A stretch of 64,000 nt of DNA, taken from Macrostomum lignano. Lineage: Eukaryota. The position numbers were made by a program, and so were the translations under genes. The stretch covers positions 186,001 to 250,000 of the forward strand of contig NIVC01000414.1 of NCBI GenBank assembly GCA_002269645.1, given 5' to 3'. The notes under the pieces were generated by a model. The model saw nothing but the letters and a program-made list of their open reading frames with translations, was not told the DNA's origin and made no database searches. Of the stretch, positions 1 through 12,300 are shown one piece after another. How positions within the stretch are numbered: the first letter of the stretch is position 1; the number at the start of each line of letters is the position of its first letter.

Positions 1-202
1 TTTGTGCTACTGAGAGAGAGATATAATTAAACCAGGGATAAAGTTATGGAATCGAGACAGTGCTTCAGATCCCGGACACTGCGCTAGAAGCTCAGAATTA
101 AAACACTCTAGGAGTAGTCTCTGATAGATGATGATTTATGCGATTTTATTACTCCGATTGCCCTCTATACGAGCAATTACAGCTCATCATAAATCGATTT
201 AC

Positions 203-304
203 CTGCAGCATCATTAGGTAGTCCTCAATCTTGTCCATTCGCTCTCTCAGGCAGTCCTGCTCATTGTGCATCGCCTGCACTGTGCCGAAAATGTCCGACT
301 GGGT
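203..304 (-). CDS. KCNN: SK channel exon (C-terminal coiled coil)
   Basis: [34 protein letters not shown] follows DLAK as in KCNN proteins; CGCAG acceptor, GTAAAT donor. Confidence 0.9.
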
Positions 305-3300
305 CTGCGGATCGGGGACAGCGGGGTTGGGTGAGCCGTTATTGTTTGAGTCTGTAATTATCTGTAATTATCTGAAATAATTGGACTGTTCTGTGCAGAA
401 CAGTAGCTGTTAAAATAGGTATGATTGGGTAGAGTTTGGCGACTTGTTTAATCACTGTGGATAAGTCTTCTGTTTTGCTTTGTAGTCCACAATGTACATG
501 TTGTGGATGTACATTGTTGGGGTTTTGTGGGGGAGTGGCCAGCATCTGCTGTTTCGCTTGCTGAGTGGATGTACATTGTTGGGGTTTGTGGGGGGGGGGA
601 GTGGCCAGCATCTGCTGTTTCGCTTTGCTGAGTGGATGTACATTGTTGGGGTTTGTAAGGGAGTGGCCAGTATCTGCTGTTTCGCTTGCTGAGTGGATGT
701 ACATTGTTGGGGTTTGTGGGGGAGTGGCCAGCATCTGCTGTTTCGCTTTGCTGAGTGGATGTACATTGGTGGGGTTTGTGGGGAGTGGCCAGTATCTGCT
801 TTTTCGCTTTGTTGAGTGGATGTACATTGGTGGGGTTTGTGGGGAGTGGCCAGTATCTGCTGTTTCGCTTTGCTGAGTGGATGTACATTGGTGGGGTTTG
901 TGAGGGAGTGGCCAGTATCTGCTGTTTCGCTTTTCTGAGTGGATGTACATTGGTGGGGTTTGTGGGGGAGTGGCCAGTATCTGCTGTTTCGCTTTGCTGA
1001 GTGGATGTACATTGTTGGGGTTTGTGGGGGAGTGGCCAGTATCTGCTGTTTCGCTTTGCTGAGTGGATGTACATTGTTGGGGTTTGTGGGGGGTGGTGGC
1101 CAGTATCTGCTGTTTCGCTTTGCTGAGTGGATGTACATTGTTGGAGTTTGTGGGGAGTGGCCAGCATCTGCTGTTTCGCTTTGCTGAGTGGATATACATT
1201 GGTGGGGTTTGTGGGGGAGTGGCCAGTATCTGCTGTTTCGCTTTGCTGAGTGGATGTACATTGTTGGGGTTTGTGGGGGAGTGGCCAGTATCTGCTGTTT
1301 CGCTTTGCTGAGTGGATGTACATTGGTGGGGTTTGTGGGGGAGTGGCCAGTATCTGTACATTGGTGGGGTTTGTGGGGGAGTGGCCAGTATCTGCTGTTT
1401 CGCTTTGCTGAGTGGATGTACATTGTTGGGGTTTGTGGGGGAGTGGCCAGTATCTGCTGTTTCGCTTTGCTGAGTGGATGTACATTGTTGGGGTTTGTGG
1501 GGGGTGGTGGCCAGTATCTGCTGTTTCGCTTGCTGAGTGGATGTACATTGTTGGGGTTGTGGGGGGGGGTGGCCAGCATCTGCTGTTTCGCTTGCTGAGT
1601 GGATGTACATTGGTGGGGTTTGTGGGGAGTGGCCAGTATCTGCTGTTTCGCTTTGCTGAGTGGATGTACATTGTTGGGGTTTGTGGGGGAGTGGCCAGTA
1701 TCTGCTGTTTCGCTTTGCTGAGTGGATGTACATTGGTGGGGTTTGTGAGGGAGTGGCCAGTATCTGCTGTTTCGCTTTTCTGAGTGGATGTACATTGGTG
1801 GGGTTTGTGGGGGAGTGGCCAGTATCTGCTGTTTCGCTTTGCTGAGTGGATGTACATTGTTGGGGTTTGTGGGGGTGGTGGCCAGTATCTGCTGTTTCGC
1901 TTGCTGAGTGGATGTACATTGTTGGGGTTGTGGGGGGTGGCCAGCATCTGCTGTTTCGCTTGCTGAGTGGATGTACATTGTTGGGGTTGTGGGGGGGTGG
2001 CCAGCATCTGCTGTTTCGCTTGCTGAGTGGATGTACATTGTTGGATGAATAGATATACTAAAAAATAACGGAAGCATTTTAATCGGTTCGATAGAATGTC
2101 AGTAATAATAGTTAATAAGAAGCATGTACATGTATTATTAATAATTGAAATAATTAATACTGATCACATTGAAGCGGAATTAATTTTTTAAACTGCAACA
2201 TAAAAAATTACAAAAATCGATAGCTATATTATTCATAGCGGAACCGAAATTCTCTTTGGTCAAACAGAAATACGGGGTTTGGACTCATAATTTATAACTT
2301 TAGCTTCTACTCTACTCACATAAAAAGCTTAATAAAAAATGAAACAAAAAACTGAAATAAAAAACTAAAAATTACGAACTACAACAAGCGGGTATGTGTG
2401 TTGTGTGTTTGATGGCAGTTCTGATAGCTTTGACACCGTCTGTGCGCGCTGCGGAACTACTAACTGTAAGTACGGGTACCCGACTACCAACACACGGCAA
2501 CACCACCGGAACAGTCAAGCGCAATGCAGCATATAATGCGAGCTATATATTATAACTATTATATATTTGCGTACGTGGTATTTTTCGCTGTCTAAGTGAG
2601 GTCAATATTTCGAATCTTAATTAATTAACAACGAAACCAGAAAAATAGTCTCTCTCTCCATTGACTTTGTTAAAATGCGATTTGTTATAAAATGCCTAGT
2701 AGAAGTTCTATTTGCGGCTCTTAAATTGTAAACTATTATCAACTCGAGCTCGAGAGCAAGAAATATAATATAATTGGGCAAAATTAAGAGAAAAAAACAG
2801 TCACCTTAACGAGCCTATGAGTCAGTGAAGTGGACTATTTTTTTGGTTTTGCTTGGTTGCAAGATAAATTCGACGTCAATTCGTCTCTTGTTCCGTGACT
2901 TTGGCCAGGACAAACAGATCGAGGCCTCAGTTTATTGCAGCATTGTTTCAATTTGTAGTTCATTTAGGAGAGCAGCTGAGACTACACACACAGAGACTAC
3001 TGTGTATACAAAATTGGCTAATTTATTAGCAGCGTGTAACTGTTGAGTATAGCTAAACACGGGCCGTAGGTTTAATATGGGAAAATGAAAGACAGATATG
3101 ATAGCTACAGATAATGCTTCCACTAGCTAGTAAAGAATTTCGATGCAGCTAGGAGAAAAATAGAAATGAGTATTTTGTTAAAAACTGGTCAAAAGTTGAT
3201 TCTAACTTTTCAAGTAGTTATTATAATATCTTTCAAGATCTTGAAATTATATTTGAAGGTCAAACTTCGCCCAAAAAGGCATCGGAAACAGAAATTCTAC

Positions 3301-6300
3301 TGTCTTAAACAAGTTCTCACATTCTGTGCTTTCTGCGATTAATACGCACATAAATGATCTTTTTGTTTATCTCAACTCTTTCTATTTGTTTCTCAGAATA
3401 CTTTTACACTAAACTAAGTAAGAAAAATCACATTAATATGATGACACGTATAATTTTCATGGAATTTTTTAATGTTTCCCAATCTTTAGTACTCACATTC
3501 CCTATACTATATACATATATCGTTTTAACATTAGAGCCATGTAACGCAGAAAGACATTGAGCCTCTAAATAAATTTTCGTATTTTTTTGAAAATTAGATT
3601 CAACTTCTGACAAGGTTATACGCTTCAAAAAATCCGTTTTTTCATGCATTTTTCATTATAGCTTGTCACGTCTGAAATGGAACCATACGAACCAAAAAAA
3701 AAACTGTTAATTTGATATTCCATTCCAGTATAGACGAGCCAAAATATCCGCACTATATGTAGATATTAATATTTGCCTACGCTTACTCAAGAATGAGAAC
3801 TTGCGCCGCACACGAATAACTATAATTGCACCATAGTGTGCGAAATCAGACTTCAATTGTTACTACTGTATGTTAAAATACGGTGCGCGAGATCGGATTT
3901 AAATCAGAAAAGGTGAGAAGATTATTTGAGTTGGCTATAGATAAGGCTCTACCTGACTGTACACGGCCAGCGGTTTTGAAATGTACGCCCTTGGCTGCTT
4001 AATAAGGGCGTCGTGATTGGTCTAGAGAATGGCAGGGGGATGTTGGTTTGAAAAAAAAGTTGTAACAAAAACCGGTTTGATTATTATTAACAATTATCGG
4101 CGGTGTCAGATAAAAATAACAAAAAAACTGATTTTAAGTGTTGAGCACAGTTGCAGGGACTGAGGGAGTATTAGGCAAATTATTAAAAGTGACGTACATA
4201 GCTAACTGAACAAATTTTGTAGGTACGTTGAATGCCAAAAAAAGTTTTAGTTCAAAATTGATTTAGGAAACAGTGCAACGAATTGCAAGTTGCATCTCAT
4301 ATTGGTTGAGGTGCCAAAGTAAAATTTGTTGCATATTTTAAAGTCTAAATTATTAAGTAATTTTATTTGGAAGCACATGTTTCTAGAAAGCAAACAATAA
4401 ATTAACAAAACGCATTCACTACTTGTAAAACGGCATTTTGTAGACAGAATGCAACTTGGCCCGCAACTGACTCATAGACCAATTAAAGTGACTGTTTTGA
4501 AAAGATATTTTATTTTTCATTTTCGATGCAAAGGAAAGATAGGAAATGAATTAAATGACTCAGATCTCGATGTACTTTTACGTCAAACGAATGTTTTGCA
4601 GTATCAGTGTTTAATCTAATTTGCGTTGTTGTATTTTCAAAATATAGATTTATATATGTTAATCAATTCTGTTCCCGAGTACGTTTGTTATTCTGCTGAT
4701 GCGAGCATCTGTCAGACAGTCAGCAGTCATCCATGTAGGAATCGCAGTGTTTTCAGCAAAGGTTATTGTAACGGGCATATATTGTTTAGTATTATTTTAC
4801 TCATCTCACTTCTAGAATATTGTAATATATATAGAAGCGGATTATAAAAACACTATAGGTTTAAATACGCAAGCTAGTTTTATCGCTATACAGTTTATGA
4901 AAGTATGCATCCACTCTCTTGTATTTAAAGTACTTCTGTAGCTACAGGTCGTTCCAGCAAGAATGACTGACAGGTCACTCACCTTGGCCAAGTCCACCAG
5001 CGTGTTGGCATTGTCCATGAGTTTGCGTTGGTCTCGCTTCACCTTGCGCAGGCTGAAATGAGGTTTCTCATTTTGAGACTAGCTTTGAGACTAAATCCGT
5101 ACACATTTACACATGTGTAGGTAAGAGCTCACCCATACCGCGAGAAACTGCATTTGACTATTTTAGAACACTTTTTGTCGCTATTTTTTAATCCTACACA
5201 TCCGTAGTGGTTTCAAAAATGAAGAATATTCACAGAAGGCCGGCTGTGAGCACCCTGGCGCAACGACTTCGGCGACGTCACACAACCAGAGCCGAGGCGA
5301 GTCACTCGAGTCACTTACGAGTAAAAATCCACTCAACATGGTCACGTAAACCCTGTTGCCACAAACACACACTTTTAACAATGTCTCAAATCATTTAGTC
5401 TGCACACTTCTGAATTTAGAAGTGAAGAACGTCCGTACGTCCGTCAGGGTTCTCTCGCAAACAGACTAATATACTTGTTGATGTTGATGCCGACTCACCT
5501 GTGAATTGCGTGCAGAAATTTTCTCTGATGCGTGCGCACCTTAGACGGATTGACCCGCTTGACCAGTTTGGTGTATTTGTAGATCAGCCAGGTCTCGCGT
5601 AGCACGTTTGCTGCCGAGTTCTTCAGCTAAGAGAGGTGGCGAAAATAGCGGCATTCCATAATGACGTCGTAGCTATAAGCATTAGGCATTCTGAATTCAA
5701 AATCTATGCGGCAGGGGTCGGCAATTTTTTTACCTTTTAAGGGCCAGAAGAGAACCTAAAGCATGACTGCGGGCCGGATGAAGGGAGAGAGGAGAGGGAG
5801 TAGAAAAGGGTGAAGGGACAGGTGAAGGAATAAAGGAGAAGAGATTAGACGCGGGGAGGGGAGAGGAGAGAGAGGAGAGGAGAGGAGAGAGTAGAGGAGA
5901 GAGGAAAAGAGAAGAGAGAGTAGAAGAGAGAGGAGAGGAGAGAGAGGAAAGGAGAGGAGAGAGTAGAGGAGAGAGTAGAGGAGAGAGGAAAAGAGAAGAG
6001 AGAGTAGAAGAGAGAGGAGAGGAGAGAGGAAAAGAGAAGAGAGAGTAGAAGAGAGAGGAGAGGAGAGAGGAAAAGAGAAGAGAGAGTAGAAGAGAGAGGA
6101 GAGGAGAGAGAGGAAAGGAGAGGAGAGAGTAGAAGAGAGAGGAGAGGAGAGAGAGGAAAGGAGAGGAGAGAGTAGAGAGAAAGGATTGGGCGGGCATTGG
6201 GCGGGCATTGGGCGGGCATTGGGCGGGCCGGATTGCCATTGCGAAGTTTCAAAGGACCCGATGGCCGGATAGAGAGGCTTCGCGGGCCGGAGTTTGCCCA

Positions 6301-9300
6301 CCCCTGCTCTACGGCAACTCAGCTAATTATGATTTTGTATATCTCCCGTGCGAGTTGGCTTTAGGGCTCTAAGCATTCTTCCCCAGAATTAAATTAGAGA
6401 GCTGGCTGACTGCGAGTTCAAGACTCAAATTTCTACAGAATATTGGCTTCAAATATCAGACTCGTGAGACACTTTAGCTCGATAATAACTGCTTCCCTCG
6501 CTAAGGTATGCTGCGACAGGTACAGCAGCTTCAATGGAGGACAGCCGAGAACTCTGTGTAAATTTTACTTAGAATTCGATTCAAGTTGAAACGACTCAGG
6601 GAAATCTAATGAGAAACTATCGGGCACCATACGAGTACAAATGAAACTCGATCCCGAGTTGCAGTACTCATCTCGCTATATGCGAAGGAGCTTAAGCATA
6701 AGAATTCGAACAAATCCTGCAATCGATGCCCCCATCATCGCCCTGTCCCTCACCCGTTTGGTGAGCGCCGTGTCCATCATGAAGTTGTGCACATGCTTCT
6801 CGGCTCGAGAGAGCTCCAACTTGCGGGCGAACACGGCCACGACTAGAGCTGTGCACGAGGAGCCCTGAAATTGAGACGGTTTAATGAGCAGAGCATCTGT
6901 CCTAACATGTCTCAAGCGTGTCTGCTCTTAACTACCTGTCCTCTCTGCTCATGCATCTCAGCTTGCAACACGCGCTGGCCCGATGAGGCACCGCCCCCCC
7001 CCCCTTCTTAGCGAGCCATTCCGCATGCATGAGAGACCCAGCCAACGCCCCTGAGCGTCGCCTTTGTAAGCTGATCGGCAGATCGGCTGCTCACACTGTG
7101 CTCAAATCGGTGCATGCCGGAGTACCATCGCATGCGTGCGAGCCAGGCCGTGTGGATAGCAAAGAGAAATCTCGCAGACCTCTCCTCTCCGTGAGATCGT
7201 TTCCCCTAGAAGATGCTATCGCTCTCTCTCTCCAATCCTTTAGCTTCTCTGGACTTGGCGATCATTCATTTTCTCGCGAGAAAGTTTCTGAGCCAAAGTA
7301 GTCACCATTAGAACTGGAGCAGAGAGCAGAGACAGGCGAAGTAACCGATATGGTTATTAGCAATCCAGGTATCCGTACCAAAATCTGGCGCACTTAGCCC
7401 TCGACCGTGAGTGGGTACATGAGCACTTAAGTGCCACTCTCACTTCAGCAGCATGTTCGACTTGATTCCCTTGACGAATGTAGCGCTTAGGTTCAACTAC
7501 GAGTATAGTTCGATTAATGCCCCATGAAACCGCTCTTAAATTAAAATATTCTCGGTTGCATCTTCTTGAAGATCCCAAAGGTATATGTACTGTACGCCTG
7601 TAGGTATACCGTGTGAACGAGAAGTCTGTAGACAGAAACAAGTTGTCTACCAACAGTATAGTTTGGAACGTAAGAAGCACGTAGCCAGAAAATAGTGGAT
7701 TGCTATTTAGGACTAACAATTATAATTAGGTACAATTAGTTAGCTTAGTCAGCTACACATATTGAGCTGATCTGTAACTCGATAATGCCACGTGAACCTT
7801 TTATCAGCTACGAGAAAACAAATAACAGCGCTGTAGTAGGATATAACGATGGATGCGTTGCTATGGGGCACTGAGACTGATACCGACTGAAGCTGCCATT
7901 GTGCACCGCTAATCTAGCATGCTAATGCATTGACTGCCTCTTGGAGTGGAATTGCCCTGTAGAAATAACAATTGAGCCAAACGTTTTTAGCTGGTTTGAA
8001 TGCCGGAATCTGTCTATACATGGCTGAAGGATAAACAGTTACCCCCCAACTGCACAAAGCTCTCTAACCGGAGAACCCCCCCCCCCTCATCATCACAAAA
8101 GGGGAATTCGCGCGAATAATACCGACGCTTTGATGAGAGGCTCAGCGGGATGAGGGAGGCTTTCGGGGAGGCTGGTGCAGCTTCTTTCCAAGCAAGCCGC
8201 CAGAAATCGAATAACAAAGCTGGTTATTAGGCCGACTGCACCACCCACGCTACTCGAATGACAAAGACAATCGAATTCTCTCCCTAAAATCACTTTGTAG
8301 CCTCTTCTAGTCTAGAATTCTAAATCCCCCTTTTTCGTTTGTCTTTGAATTTATGGCCATCCTCAGCTGATGGAGTTGGCTTGATCCTTTTTTCTAGAAT
8401 TTTCCGTTGCAAAGCAGAGCCCACTTCAAACGGAGCGACTTAACCCTGCATGGCCACCTTAAGCCGGGCGGGCCACTTGAAAGCGTTAGGCAACGCCTCA
8501 CCTCTTTCCAGGGATTAAGCCTCTCAAAAAGATTGCCTGCATTAGAGGCAGTGAGGCATGTGAAAAGGGCAGTATAGAGAGGAGAATTCCTCAGCCAAAA
8601 GTTGGTCTATTTAGCACGTTTTTTGCTTGCATACGAAATGAAGTGCTTTTTTGCTTTATCAGAATGAGAGACTTTGAGGCTTGAAGAAGCGAGCTCCCAT
8701 TGAAAGTCGTAATCCCTGGCGGGAGTTACAGAGCTGAGATGGACTTTGGAGATTTTTTTAAAATGCACTTGCGTGGATCCTGGTTTTCAAAGCCTTTCAG
8801 ACAGACATCTAGAGCAGATATTTATCTTCAAGGCGGAAAACTGAGTGAGTAGGGGCACAGAGCGACGAAATAACCTGCATATCTGACACGCATGTCTCAG
8901 GTTTTCTGCTTGGCCTACTTTGTGGAGAGATAGGGAGCGGCATCCCACCGGAATCAATGAGGCAGATTTTTGCTGGTGTGGGCCAGCCTGCGATGGTGAG
9001 AACTTTTTCGAGAAAATTGGATCAGCCAGACCCAAGTGATGCCTGACCCGCGCGGCTAGAGCTTGAATAAAGGGTCGAGTTTGGAGTGGCTTATCATATC
9101 GCTAGAGCTGAGGGCTTAATTCCAGGGTGGGGGGGTGAAAAGGAGAGGCTTTGGGTGTGGCCAACTTTGTTGGTTTCTGATCCCCTGCTAGCTGTGAAAT
9201 AGAAGGAGAAAATGGCATGGTTAAAGGCACAGTAGAATTGAGCCAATACACCCCAGCACCATCGGCGGAGCCCTCCTTCCCAGAAGATCTCTCCATCCAT

Positions 9301-12300
9301 CCCCTCTTTCCATCTTTATCCTCTCCTCTTCCTAGCTGATTATTTGCTCTCTCGCGCCGAATACTCGTATTTGCCCGAAAAAGCGAGGCCCTTCCGTCGC
9401 TAGAGTTGCCCCACCTACGAGTACTAAAGAAAGCTATATATATATGCTGCCCGGCCCTCGAAAACTTGCAACGCATTCGGAGAGCAGCTCTCTACAGCTG
9501 GGCCTCCGAGATAGGCCAGACAAACAAAGGTGTGGAGAAACAGGGCAGCTGTGTGTAACGGCGGTGATGGAGCTGAGCCAAGTGACGTTGCTAGCAAGAA
9601 CTTTAGAGAAAATAGGCCGACAGCCAGTTGAAGACTTTGTTCGGAAAGGACTAACAAGGAGACGTGTTTTAGTGCCAGTAAAGAACGTCTTTGGCTTCCG
9701 TCTGATTCCTATGCTAATTTTTTTTGCTTAACCCACAGAAACAATCACAAACATTTTCACTCTCTTGCAGATCTGGCAACTCAAACTCGGCACTCCGATC
9801 TTCTTTCTCCTCTTCTTTTCTTTTTCATAGCATTTTCAGCCCCCTACTCAGAGTCAAACTTGTCTTACCGAGGTAGCTAGTGAATCAATCGATTTGCCCA
9901 ACCCCTATTCATTTCCTGGACTCAATCTAGACATTTTTAACCCATAAGCCTGAAACCTGGCAAACAGAGGAAAGGCGGCAGGGCGTTCGCATTGTACGGT
10001 GCGTCAGATTTTTAAAGCAAAGCTCTTGAAGATTTCCTTGCGTTAGTCTGTGCCTAAGCAGCGACATGTGATCAAACCTTGATTTTTCTTCACGTTAGGA
10101 TCGATTGGGTTTCGGCTCTGCAAACTTACCATTACTCCAGTGGCAATGGAAATGCCCCTACCGCAGTAGGTGTTGGGCACAATGTCTCCGTAGCCAATGC
10201 TCAGGAAGGTGATGGAGATCAGCCACATTGAGTTAAGTATATTTCCGTGTAGAGCATCGTGGTAGCTGAAAAAGAGAAATACGTGAGGATTTACCTTGAT
10301 TTAATTAGTTAGGACTGTGGCAAAAACGCTGTCAGCTACTATAGACAACGTATGTCATTAACGAGCCTGTAATGATACAAGCTATTCGACCCACTAGGAA
10401 GCTCAAAGCATCATAAGCTCGAAATTTTAAAGCGATAACCATTTTTACTTAAGTCACGTGATAAAAAATCACTACTTTAGACAATGTGAAACTTCAAACA
10501 TCGAGGATCGAGCTGGTAAAGTATCAAGCTGGTAAAGTACTCGAGCTGGTAAAGTATCGATCTGGCAATGTAGCGAGCTTGAAAAAGAGAAATTACGAAG
10601 CATCAGGCCTGTGAATCGTCAAGCCGCTTTGAGGATGAACACCAAACTTAAGAACAAAAAATCTCAAAAAATTCGAACCTCTCGCAAGCCCGCAGAAGCC
10701 AGCTGGCGGTGATCCATAGCGACAGAATGAAGACCAGCAGCACAGTGCCGGGGAACATTGTCATCAGCGTCTTCAGTACGAATCGCGTGTTGAACGAGAT
10801 CCGGTTCAGGGCGCCGATACTTCTGGAGCTGGCATCTGTAAACAGCTTGGAATGCAGCAGCATCACCCGGAAGATGAGGTACAACCGCAGGAACATGGGC
10901 AGCGACAGGAATAAGTCGATGGGCACCAATACTGACACTTTCTTTCTGTCGTGCGGCACGTAGGTTTCCCAGTTAAACGTCAGATCGTTGGGCACCGGGT
11001 GGATTGCGCAGACGATGACCTCCATCAGCATCTGCGTCAATCTTCTTGTCGTAATAGCGATTCGCCAGTCCTCTATGCAGTTGTCAATGCTGAACAGCTG
11101 AAATTGCGTTGGAGTCAGTGAGTACGTATGAATAACAATATTGCAACCCAGAAGCTTTGATATTCAAATACACGTATAAATTCAGAGGCTTTTTTTTAGA
11201 TATGGGGGGCTGTTTGTACACCCGTGGCGCACTTCAAGCGACATTGTCACACAACCGGCGAGAGGCATTGTTGCCCATTCCATCAACTCCCCTAGGCAGG
11301 CACACAAGCGCGCGGATACGTACGCAGTCATACGCACACACACACACAGGTGTTTACAGCGGCCCTATTTTATTGTGCTTTGGGAGCTGGTCCTCAAGGG
11401 CGTAAATTGCACTAGCAGAGCCAAGCCGAGGTTCCAATATAGCCCCAAATAATTGGGACTGTACTTGGAATCAAGCATGGGCCGCTGGCACATCAGAGCG
11501 CCGCGCTAGCTAGCTAGGATGAGTCCTGTACGAACAGGTGTACTACAGGTAATAGTCTGTCACAGATGAAAAACCGTCTTTAGACGTAGACTTAAAGAGA
11601 AACGTTAATTCGCTGCTTCCATAGCCATACTATACAGAATGTCCCAGTAGACTTCAAGCAGCTTGCACTTGGGTACAAGAAAGAGAGCATACAAGCTGTA
11701 GTAGTAAGAAGCAATTTTGCTGACAAGGCCTCTGTGGTCCGTCTCGTCTCTGGTTTGCACGGGTAAGGCAAACGTTTTCTGGCTTCCAAGTTGCAGGTTA
11801 ATGGGAGGACAAAACATTAAAGTCCGAATAGCAAAATGCGGACGCCGCAGCTGCGGTAAAAGCTAAGCGAACGCGGACCAGCCCTTGAGGTGCCTCGGGG
11901 CAAAGCAGACAGAAAGTAATAAGTTTCCACCAGAGGCAGAAAGTGATATTGCTTGTTGTTGGCATTTGCCAAGTCTGCTTGGGGCAGCCGCTGGCGAACG
12001 ATAAAAAGGCGGTAAACCGGCTTCAACTGCGATGGGATTTTTCCTGCTCCGACTTTGCGCATAGCCGGACCCGCTGTAGGTATTTCTGTCCTCGTTGCTG
12101 TCGTAAATCCAGTTTGAAAGCAGTGTCTCAATTATGGGGTCAGGTGAAGGCCGAAAGACAGAGCACTTCGCTCAGGTCTCTTATCTCTGTCTGCCTTGCG
12201 CGAATCCCCCCGTGACTTGATGTACATCTGCACCCTCGCGCTCCCCTAGGACATCTCGGGGACTTGTTTTTCAAAATCTTTTTTTCGGCTACGCTACTGA

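Noticed and set aside
503-2045. CRISPR-like regular repeats
   Set aside because: Units are directly adjacent with no unique spacers, there are no cas genes, and the context is eukaryotic.
339-2077. 500+ aa ORFs over the 62-bp repeat, and similar ORFs over the other arrays (15.7-16.3, 20.2-20.5, 21.9-22.8, 23-24, 26.5-28, 49-52.5 and 61-62 kb)
   Set aside because: They are translations of stop-free tandem repeats, open in several frames and lying in introns or spacers, with no domain content.
2394-2555. 53-aa ORF with a signal-peptide-like start ([19 protein letters not shown]...)
   Set aside because: Short, antisense within an SK intron, with no supporting splice, poly(A) or homology evidence; compatible with chance.
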